The position numbers and the translations under genes were made by a program. From positions 1-17,590 of the forward strand of contig CAYUTF010000070.1 in assembly GCA_964447495.1 (NCBI GenBank): a stretch of 17,590 bases of DNA, read 5' to 3'. The notes below the pieces were generated by a model. That model did not search any database and was not told where the DNA came from. It saw only the letters and a list, made by a program, of their open reading frames with translations. Below, one piece after another: positions 8,127 through 15,873 of this stretch (the first letter of the stretch is position 1; every line of letters starts with the position of its first letter). Source of the DNA: an uncultured archaeon. GTDB taxonomy: Archaea > Asgardarchaeota > Lokiarchaeia > Sigyniarchaeales > SOKP01.

Positions 8127-9290
8127 TTAAAACTTATGAAATAATCCAAAAAATCCTCTCCTTTTCGCTTTAATAGCCTGTTGAGGACACATTTCCATAC
8201 AACACAAACACGATATACACACTTCTGTCTTGAATTTCGGATAATCTTTACTTCTAAATTCGATTGCTTCAGCAGGGCAAATTTCGGAGCATTGTCCGCA
8301 TTGGATACATTTCTTTTTTTGTAATTTAGGAACACGTTTAGTAACACGATATACTATTCCTCCAGTAATTGAAGCTGCTAATTTGGTCATTCGTTTTCCC
8401 GGTACTTTAAATTTAGGAGTTATTCTTTTTGCTTCTTCTAAACTCATACCGACAATTTCAATATCTTTTAAATCCCCTATTCCTAAACCCCTTTCATAAG
8501 CACTTTTTAGATGTGGTACGTAATCAAGCCCTTTAAACTTGCCAATTTCAAGAGCGATTGTGTCAAGCGCCAATTCATCAGTACCGACTAAAACTAAGTT
8601 CCAATTCTTCATTTTTCCAGAAACTGGTCCCATAGCCCCTTGCATTATTGTGTGGAGGTCATAAATAATTAATCGATTAGGTTTATTTTTCACAACCCAC
8701 GCATAATTATCTGCAAGCACTTCTCCAAATTGATCTGGAGTTTTCCCTAAGAGATGCGTTTTTGCTTTTAGTCCTCCTGGAATAATTCCCCAGTAATTTT
8801 TTATTGCCCCCGTTATTGTCGCTTCTCCGTGAGTTTTCAATTTAGGTAAATTTATTAGAAGATCGCAGTCCACTACAGGTTTTGATATATAACAATTTTT
8901 GAATCTTAATGCACCTTCTATTTGTACCTCAATAGGAATCTCTCTTTCAAAGTCAATGAAATTTATGCCTTCTCTCTCAACAATATCGTAAATTCCTACT
9001 TTTTGAGCAATTTTTGTGGCAAAAGTTTTAATCTGACCGGGAGAATCCCCAATATTGATGTTTTCTCTTGGAACCTTCTTCTCCTTGAGATAAGCCAGTG
9101 CGCCCTCTACAAATGCGGGTTGAGTACATGCATCCTTTGTAGCTCTAAGTAAATTTGGTTTTAAAAGAATATTTTTACATTCCGATAACTTAAATGAGAA
9201 TGAGTCTTCAACCATTTTAATAGCGGATACAATAGCTTCTTGGATTGAATTATAATCCTTCACGTTTACTATTGCGATCTTAGTTCCCAT
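8127..9290 (-). CDS. DUF362 domain protein with C-terminal 2x[4Fe-4S] ferredoxin domain
   Basis: DUF362-type motifs ILLKPNLL, IGDSPG, LINLPKLKTH and ITGAIKNYWG. Two CxxCxxCxxxCP motifs: CIQCGQCSEICP and CISCLCCMEMCP. Confidence 0.9.
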   Translation of the reverse strand: MGTKIAIVNVKDYNSIQEAIVSAIKMVEDSFSFKLSECKNILLKPNLLRATKDACTQPAFVEGALAYLKEKKVPRENINIGDSPGQIKTFATKIAQKVGIYDIVEREGINFIDFEREIPIEVQIEGALRFKNCYISKPVVDCDLLINLPKLKTHGEATITGAIKNYWGIIPGGLKAKTHLLGKTPDQFGEVLADNYAWVVKNKPNRLIIYDLHTIMQGAMGPVSGKMKNWNLVLVGTDELALDTIALEIGKFKGLDYVPHLKSAYERGLGIGDLKDIEIVGMSLEEAKRITPKFKVPGKRMTKLAASITGGIVYRVTKRVPKLQKKKCIQCGQCSEICPAEAIEFRSKDYPKFKTEVCISCLCCMEMCPQQAIKAKRRGFFGLFHKF

Positions 9291-9615
9291 ATTAACTCAA
9301 CTAGGAAAAGCAAAGAGGCTATTAAAATATGTCTCTTAATCAAAAAAAGGTAGAAAATAATAAATTTATTTATTCTTTTTATATTTGCTTTTTTTTTGTA
9401 GTCTATTAAGAATCTGATCTTGGCTAATAATTTTTCAATATAAATTTAATCCCAGAAATGTTACCTAATAAATTAAAATCAAAAAAAATATAACAAAAGA
9501 ACACTCAAAAGATTTAATATCTTGTAAAAGTAAATTATTTTTAATAAAAAAATAATATTAATAATGTAATTCGAATTTAGAATACTTAATTTTATGATTA
9601 GAAAATCGGATTAGT

Positions 9616-10155
9616 ATGTCAGAAATCGATATAATGTTCAAGGTTTGCCTTTTCGGAGATGGTGGGGTCGGAAAAACAACATTAATTAATCGCTATTTAA
9701 CTGGGGTCTTTAAATCAAACTCTACGATAACTATCGGTGTGGATTTCCATCTTAAAAAGCTTGAAGTCGAAGGAAAAACGGTAAGCCTTCAAATTTGGGA
9801 TTTTGCTGGAGAGGATCGGTTTCGATTTTTATTGCCTAGTTATGTGGTTGGCGCTTCTGGAGGCATCTTTATGTATGATATAACACGATATTCGAGTTTA
9901 AAGAATTTTCCTGATTGGATAACTATTTTTAAGAAAGGTTACATTGGAAACCATCAGCAGATTCCTGTCATCATGGTAGGAGGAAAATTGGACTTACAAT
10001 ATAAAAGAACCGTCTCTAGTAAAGAAGCTTATGAAATAGCGAAAAAACATAATCTTTATGGCTACGTTGAATGCTCTTCGAAGAATGGACAAAATGTGGA
10101 AGATATTTTTTATGAAATCGCTAAATTAATGATTTATAGAGCAAAACTTTCCTAA
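9616..10155 (+). CDS. Rab-like small GTPase (Ras superfamily)
   Basis: G1 GDGGVGKT, G2 TIGVDF, G3 WDFAGE, G4 GGKLD, G5 ECSSK. RabF-like segments IGVDF, SLQIW, RFRFLL, YVVGA and FMYDIT. No C-terminal Cys. Confidence 0.95.
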   Translation: MSEIDIMFKVCLFGDGGVGKTTLINRYLTGVFKSNSTITIGVDFHLKKLEVEGKTVSLQIWDFAGEDRFRFLLPSYVVGASGGIFMYDITRYSSLKNFPDWITIFKKGYIGNHQQIPVIMVGGKLDLQYKRTVSSKEAYEIAKKHNLYGYVECSSKNGQNVEDIFYEIAKLMIYRAKLS

Positions 10156-10181
10156 AAAGAAAAGGTTGCTGATTAAATTCC

Positions 10182-11024
10182 CTAAAATTTCGTAACAAAT
10201 ATTTCATCTAACGAATTAATAATCAAATTTGGGATAACATTATTATCATTATTATTAATATTCTTTTTAAGCTCAATTATTTGTTTTCTTGTGGTAACCC
10301 CTGTCAAGACTAACACTGTTTTAATTTTTGCTCGATTTCCAGCTAATATATCTGTATCTAAACGGTCTCCAAAAATAACAGCTTCTTTATTATGAGTATT
10401 ATTCTTTTCTAGAATTCTTTCAATTCCTATGGGGGATGGTTTACCAAAAATATAGATAGGTTCTTGGGCTGTACAGATCTTTAATGCTGCTACCATAGAT
10501 CCTGCTCCTGGCAACTCTCCATCCTTATCTGGTAAGGTTGCATCGGCATTAGTTGCATAAAATTGAGCATGACCTTGAGAGATGCAATTTTGAGCGATTG
10601 CTAATTTCTTATAGTTAAAATCTCGATCTAAACCAACAATTACATAGTCAATATTGCGGAAATTCCTAACTTGATCACATATTTGATGACCTTTTGCTTT
10701 TAATTCTTCTTTAAGCCCCTTTTCACCAATTACATAAATATTTGCCTTGGACTTCAATTTTGTTATCTCCTCAGCAGCAATAGACGCGCTCGTGTAAATG
10801 TCATCACTTACACAGTCAATATTGAGTTTTTTTAATTTCTCTACATACATTTGTCGTGTTAAGGTAGAGTTGTTTGAATTAAACACCACTTGGATTGAAA
10901 GTTTTTTCAAATGAGTAATGATATCATCTACTCCAGGGATTAAAGTATTACCGCGATAAATGACCCCATCTAAATCAAAGATAGCCAATTTAATATCCTT
11001 CAAATCATCAATTAATTCACGCAT
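10182..11024 (-). CDS. HAD-superfamily subfamily IIA (NagD-like) phosphatase
   Basis: Motif I FDLDGVIY, SNNS, cap motif ATNAD...PGAGS, GKPS, and GDRLDTDI...LVLTGVT. Confidence 0.92.
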   Translation of the reverse strand: MRELIDDLKDIKLAIFDLDGVIYRGNTLIPGVDDIITHLKKLSIQVVFNSNNSTLTRQMYVEKLKKLNIDCVSDDIYTSASIAAEEITKLKSKANIYVIGEKGLKEELKAKGHQICDQVRNFRNIDYVIVGLDRDFNYKKLAIAQNCISQGHAQFYATNADATLPDKDGELPGAGSMVAALKICTAQEPIYIFGKPSPIGIERILEKNNTHNKEAVIFGDRLDTDILAGNRAKIKTVLVLTGVTTRKQIIELKKNINNNDNNVIPNLIINSLDEIFVTKF

Positions 11025-11055
11025 GATAGAAAATTTATTAGCCTGTTAATGGTGG

Positions 11056-12240
11056 TTAAAATAATCCAACAGGTAATCCCAAAATTGCAATAAAGATTTG
11101 GATACCAATTGGGATAAAAATTGGATTTAATATATTGTCGGCGGTAAACACAGGGAAATAATCGGTTATGAAGAAAATTACTGCTCCGATGATGGCATAG
11201 ATCGGACCTACAAAGAATAATCCAACAATATAAGCAACTACGAATCCTGAAATAAAACCTTCTATAGATTTCGTTTCTTTACTTCTTACTCGAACTTTAT
11301 GTTTCCCATAATTTCGACCAATTAATGCCGCTGTCGCGTCAGAAAGACACGCAATTAAGATACCCGCAAAAAATGCTGAGATGTGAATGATCCCAGCCAT
11401 ATAGAGCATATAGCTAAAGATAAAACCGGTCATGATATATATCTGGGGACCAGCAGCATTTCTTTCCTTATTCCTTAGCATAGATTTTGTCAAGAAATTG
11501 AAAAATGAATATTCTGGACCCCACAATACTCTAATCAAATCGGATATTATCGCAAAAACTAAAGATGCAACTAAAGCAAACATTGTAATGTCAATGACCG
11601 CATTAAAATCGTCAACACTATACGGATAATCCGAAATTGGACCCCATAAGAGATTATATGAGGGTTCTACTTGATTTATAAATACAATAACCGTGTTGTT
11701 TACAATTTGGGTTATAGGGAGTATAAGAAATAATCCATAATACGCAACCAATATTAAGAGCCCTGTTAAATGAAAACTTTTCCGGAATACTTCCATTTTC
11801 ATTGTTATTTCGACTCGATAGGGATCCTCCCTCGTCATGCGCAAAATATATCTTCTGATAATCGATGGTCTTTTAATATCATCTCCTATTTTGCCTTCTG
11901 TATGCATCTCTTGTTGCAGTTTTTTAAAATCTCTTTTAATAATTGTAGTGAAAATAAAATTTATTAATATAATAAGACCGATCCACCAAATCATAAATCC
12001 ATTATACGGATATGGAAAAAATCTGAAGATTGAATTGTAAAAACCAAAAAGCAAAAAGCAAACGCCACAGATTATTGAAGATACCCCTCCATACTTGTTA
12101 TTTGACCGGCATCCCTTAACACCAATAAAAAACATCAAAAACATTAAGGTAAAAAAAAACAAGGAGAGCGATGTGTTATATATACCCGCAACTATCGTCC
12201 AATAGTCAGTCATGATTAACAATTTAACCAATAATAACAA
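11056..12240 (-). CDS. CTP-dependent isoprenoid/lipid kinase (phytol/dolichol kinase, Dgk1-like; cytidylyltransferase-family fold)
   Basis: Multi-pass membrane protein with EVFRKSFHLTG, SDATAALIGRNYGKHK, KSIEG and DNILNP motifs. Likely start is the ATG at 12213. Confidence 0.85.
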   Translation of the reverse strand: MLLLVKLLIMTDYWTIVAGIYNTSLSLFFFTLMFLMFFIGVKGCRSNNKYGGVSSIICGVCFLLFGFYNSIFRFFPYPYNGFMIWWIGLIILINFIFTTIIKRDFKKLQQEMHTEGKIGDDIKRPSIIRRYILRMTREDPYRVEITMKMEVFRKSFHLTGLLILVAYYGLFLILPITQIVNNTVIVFINQVEPSYNLLWGPISDYPYSVDDFNAVIDITMFALVASLVFAIISDLIRVLWGPEYSFFNFLTKSMLRNKERNAAGPQIYIMTGFIFSYMLYMAGIIHISAFFAGILIACLSDATAALIGRNYGKHKVRVRSKETKSIEGFISGFVVAYIVGLFFVGPIYAIIGAVIFFITDYFPVFTADNILNPIFIPIGIQIFIAILGLPVGLF

Positions 12241-12332
12241 TTATTTTAATAATTAATCATCAAATAATTATTCTTTCATTTATTGTTATTGAATATTAAC
12301 TTTATTAATATTTAGGCGATTATGGAAAAAGG

Positions 12333-13388
12333 ATGTTCGATCGTTCAAGAAACTTCATAAGGGTTTTATCTGGGGAGCTCACTAATAACATTCCCCTTTA
12401 TTGTACGGGATATCCCCGCTCAGAATTTATGAACAATTTCAAAACAAGGTATACACTCAATCACACAAACAAGAATCTTAATTTAAACAATAATGATTAT
12501 GAATTAATTTATAATATGGGTTTTGATGCAATTTCACTCTGGGATTTTCGCCGTGGTAAAGGAGGGTATAATATAAATGATCAAATGCGAGTTGATGGGT
12601 GGGGAAGGCTTATTAAGAATGATTGGTATTTCTGGGATGGAATGTTTAAAAATAAGGCAGTCATTGATTCGTGGAATCATTTAAATCTTCCCTCCAAAAA
12701 GAGCATAAGATCATTATCAACATTCATTCTAAGAGCTAAAGAAAATCTAATACCGGTGCTTTCTTTACCGGGATTATTTGAAAAAACATGGCAGTCAATG
12801 GGATTTGTTTATTTTGCAAAAATGCTTAAGAAAGATATTGAATTTGTCAAATATGTTATTGAATTCTTTGCAAAATACATAGAAAAACTTATCTCGCAAC
12901 TCTTAAATGCTGAAGCTTGTATCTTTCTTATAGCAGATGATTGTGGCTATAAAAATCGAACCTTTATTCCAACAGATATATGGGATAATTTATTTTTTAC
13001 ACCCTACTCTAAAATTGTTAATGATATTCATAGCAATAAAGGAATGGTGATCATTCATTCCGATGGATATATCACTGATTTAATACGTTCATTTATTGGT
13101 ATTGGATTTGATGCTATTCAAAGTTTAGAACCCAGTGCGGGTGTAAATATTTTTGAGTTGTTTAAACATTATTCAAATGAAGTGTGCTTTGTTGGAAATC
13201 TCGACATGAGCTTATTAGCATTTGGTTCACAAAGTGATGTAAAAACCTATGTGGAAAAATTAATTGAGGTTTCACGAAAATCTCACACTCCTTTAATAGT
13301 GAGTCCTACGCAGCAACTAGATAAAACTATTAGTCCTTTAAATATTAAAATGATGATTGATACAACTATAAATTTTAAATTAGAATAA
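12333..13388 (+). CDS. Uroporphyrinogen decarboxylase / MtaA-CmuA superfamily protein
   Basis: VDGWGR, GLFEKTWQSMG, IADDCGYK, IIHSDG, GFDAIQSLEP and CFVGNLD resemble URO-D-family TIM-barrel proteins. Substrate unknown. Confidence 0.8.
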   Translation: MFDRSRNFIRVLSGELTNNIPLYCTGYPRSEFMNNFKTRYTLNHTNKNLNLNNNDYELIYNMGFDAISLWDFRRGKGGYNINDQMRVDGWGRLIKNDWYFWDGMFKNKAVIDSWNHLNLPSKKSIRSLSTFILRAKENLIPVLSLPGLFEKTWQSMGFVYFAKMLKKDIEFVKYVIEFFAKYIEKLISQLLNAEACIFLIADDCGYKNRTFIPTDIWDNLFFTPYSKIVNDIHSNKGMVIIHSDGYITDLIRSFIGIGFDAIQSLEPSAGVNIFELFKHYSNEVCFVGNLDMSLLAFGSQSDVKTYVEKLIEVSRKSHTPLIVSPTQQLDKTISPLNIKMMIDTTINFKLE

Positions 13389-13461
13389 GCTCATCTTTAA
13401 TTATATTATTTCACTTTCTATTAATAACGAATCGCCCTAAATAATCCATAAAAATGATCTT

Positions 13462-15054
13462 ATGAATATAGATGAACTCTTGAAAATATATTCAAGAATC
13501 TTTAAATTTCGCAGACTATTTGTGCGAGATCTCTCCATAACACCACGTGGGTTCTTATATTTTCTCATTTCTTTTGTTTTTTGTACTATATCATTGAATT
13601 ATATTGTAGTTTATATTTTAAGATTTAGTGTGGAAGAATTATTATTTAACGGACTTGGATTGATTTCGATATTGAGTATTTTTCTTACGATTGTCATTGC
13701 TGGTTTTATTGTAGATAGGATAAAAGACCGGGTTCGATTATTGCTCATTTCATCTCCTGTGACCATTTTGGGTTTATTATTTGTGATCTTTGGAAATGTA
13801 TATGAAATTATTGGATTTTCTCTTATGATTTTCTCGACAGGCGTCTTTATAATTGATCTGCTCACAATTCATATTCATGAATCAAACATCCTCAACCGGG
13901 GAAGATTATTAGGATATCTCTTTTTCCTTTCTTTTATTATATCTCATTTGATTGTGCTATTTACATATGGAAACACAATTTCTGTTATCATAATTGAAGC
14001 TCTAATTCTCGTTGTCATTTTTTTAATTGCGAGGAATTATCACTATAAAGAAACTGAAGAAAGATTGACTTCCAACAAGAAATTTATAGAGATAATTACA
14101 GGTACTTATCATAATTTGGGGTATCTCCTCGTGTTTCTCATATTAGGGTATATCATAGGAAATGCTTTTTCGACCTATGGAGAATTGAATATAAATCCAG
14201 TGATCTTCATTTTCTTATTTATGATTCTTTTTGTTATTTTTGGAGTGGCTTTAGATAATTTTGGGAGAAAAACGACCTTTTCCGGAGGATTACTCTTGAT
14301 TTCATCGATAATAATTTTTTCTGGAGTGGTTAAAAATTTAATTATTTCTACTTCAATTTTTTTTGGAGTGGCTATTCCGGTAATTTTTATTATTTTATTT
14401 ACCCTTTCTGGCGATTTCGCTACTGAGAGAAACGCAATTAGATATCGAGCAAGAATGATATGCACCTTTCTCTTATTATTCATGATTGGTCTTATCACAG
14501 GAGTTCTCATCCATTATTTATTGAACCGAATATACTCCTCTAATCCTTTACTTTTTTATTGGATTACCCCTTATCTTCAAGGTCTAAGTCCTTTTCTGCT
14601 CATCGTAACGTTGGTCTGGATTATCCCCTTACCTGAAATCCTTTCATATAAGGAAGCAGATTGGGCAGATTCATTACGAAGTATATATGTATTCAATTCT
14701 GCTGCGGTGTGTTTATACACTAAAAATTTTAAACCAGAACAGAATAGTAATATCCCAAGTGAAGACTTAATCACAGGAGGTTTTACAGGGATTTTGGCTT
14801 TAATTTCAGAAATTACCAATGAAAAACGAAATTTGAACATTATCGATAAGGAAGGGGTGAAAATATATTTTTCCTACGGAAAATCAGTCATAGCCGCCCT
14901 AATATCAACAAAATATCTGCCTGTATTGTCTAAAAAATTAGATATTTTTACACGATCATTTGAAAAACGATTTGACTATGAATTAGCCCATTTTACAGGA
15001 AAGATTAATCCCTTTCACGATGCCAAAAAACTAATATATCGGTATTTCAAATAG
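13462..15054 (+). CDS. MFS-like multi-pass membrane protein fused to a C-terminal longin-like domain
   Basis: About 12 hydrophobic segments in two halves, each with an MFS motif-A-like loop (AGFIVDRIKDR and GVALDNFGRK), and an E...RGR/E...RYRA loop in each half. The soluble tail from about aa 405 (nt 14674) has a longin-like pattern: IYVFNSAAVCLY, EDLITGGFTGI, KLDIFTRSFEKRF. Confidence 0.8.
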   Translation: MNIDELLKIYSRIFKFRRLFVRDLSITPRGFLYFLISFVFCTISLNYIVVYILRFSVEELLFNGLGLISILSIFLTIVIAGFIVDRIKDRVRLLLISSPVTILGLLFVIFGNVYEIIGFSLMIFSTGVFIIDLLTIHIHESNILNRGRLLGYLFFLSFIISHLIVLFTYGNTISVIIIEALILVVIFLIARNYHYKETEERLTSNKKFIEIITGTYHNLGYLLVFLILGYIIGNAFSTYGELNINPVIFIFLFMILFVIFGVALDNFGRKTTFSGGLLLISSIIIFSGVVKNLIISTSIFFGVAIPVIFIILFTLSGDFATERNAIRYRARMICTFLLLFMIGLITGVLIHYLLNRIYSSNPLLFYWITPYLQGLSPFLLIVTLVWIIPLPEILSYKEADWADSLRSIYVFNSAAVCLYTKNFKPEQNSNIPSEDLITGGFTGILALISEITNEKRNLNIIDKEGVKIYFSYGKSVIAALISTKYLPVLSKKLDIFTRSFEKRFDYELAHFTGKINPFHDAKKLIYRYFK

Positions 15055-15085
15055 ATCGGTATGTTTTAAATAAGATATAAGTAAA

Positions 15086-15099
15086 ATGCCTATAGGCAT
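15086..15099. promoter_or_regulatory. Perfect 14-bp palindrome ATGCCTATAGGCAT
   Basis: Self-reverse-complementary sequence, read directly in the gap between the MFS-longin and Roadblock genes. Function is inferred only. Confidence 0.4.
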
Positions 15100-15139
15100 C
15101 CATGCTCTTACCTACATATTATACAACTTAATAAGCTAC

Positions 15140-15175
15140 AAATAAAAAAAAATAAATAAATAAAAAAAAATAAAT
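15140..15175. repeat. Exact 18-bp tandem duplication (AAATAAAAAAAAATAAAT x2), low complexity
   Basis: 15140-15157 and 15158-15175 are identical. The tract contains only A and T. Confidence 0.6.
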
Positions 15176-15281
15176 AATACCAATCTACTTTAAATATAAG
15201 TAATGGTTGAAGATAATTATTATCTAATAAAAAACCCTCTTATTATTATTCAATAACTAAATATTTTGGAAAAGAAGGAGA

Positions 15282-15662
15282 ATGTCAAAAGTGGAACAAA
15301 GCACCCCAGATTCACTCGATGATCTACTTAAAAAATTATTAGCCGCAATTCCAGAAGTAAAAGCTGCCGCTATCGTCTCTGCTGAAGGCTTGCCTATTGC
15401 CTCTGCACTTCCAAGGGAAGTAGATGAGACCCGGATTGCTGCAATGACTGCCGCTTTGCTCTCCTTATCCGAAAGAGCCATTATCGAGATGCAAAAAGGA
15501 GATTTTGATCAGTTGTACATCAAAGGGAGCGATGGTTACCTTTTAGTGCTCCAAGCTGGCCCGAATGCAGTGCTAACGGTGTCCGCAGATAAGGACGTAC
15601 GACTTGGGTTAATCTTGTTAGATTGCAGGCGGACATGCGAAAAAATTGCACAATTGATCTAA
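15282..15662 (+). CDS. Roadblock/LC7 (MglB/LAMTOR2-like) domain protein
   Basis: Canonical pattern AAAIVSAEGLPIASAL, RIAAMTAALLSLSER, QLYIKGSDGYLLVLQAG, AVLTV, LGLILLD. Confidence 0.92.
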   Translation: MSKVEQSTPDSLDDLLKKLLAAIPEVKAAAIVSAEGLPIASALPREVDETRIAAMTAALLSLSERAIIEMQKGDFDQLYIKGSDGYLLVLQAGPNAVLTVSADKDVRLGLILLDCRRTCEKIAQLI

Positions 15663-15873
15663 TTTTGTTCAAAAAAATGTTGAGAATAAATCTCAAAAGT
15701 TATCATCTTTGATTTTTTGAGAAAAATTATTTTCATCTATAAATTAGATATATAATTAATATTTTCGTTCTGATGAGACATAATCTTACGAGATGCCAAA
15801 TACTTAAAAATCTCTATTTGATTATTTTTTAAGGAGGAAGGTTATCAAATTGGTATAAGAAATATCGTAATTT

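Noticed and set aside
8096-8347. 83-aa same-strand alternative-frame ORF with several Cys (possible frameshift product)
   Set aside because: It overlaps the ferredoxin domain in another frame, the main frame is intact with both Fe-S motifs, and the Cys arise from TG-rich codons.
8922-9152. 76-aa plus-strand ORF
   Set aside because: Antisense shadow of the DUF362 gene.
9359-9370. Palindrome AATAAATTTATT in the DUF362/GTPase divergent region
   Set aside because: A/T-only in a very AT-rich spacer, so expected by chance.
11432-12040. Three short plus-strand ORFs
   Set aside because: Antisense shadows of the membrane kinase gene.
13611-14840. Three Lys/Ile/Asn-rich minus-strand ORFs
   Set aside because: Typical antisense reading of T-rich transmembrane codons in the MFS-longin gene.
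15275-15280. AAGGAG Shine-Dalgarno-like motif before the Roadblock ATG
   Set aside because: Only 1 nt from the start codon, too close for a typical ribosome-binding site.
15257-15481. 74-aa minus-strand ORF
   Set aside because: Antisense shadow of the Roadblock gene.
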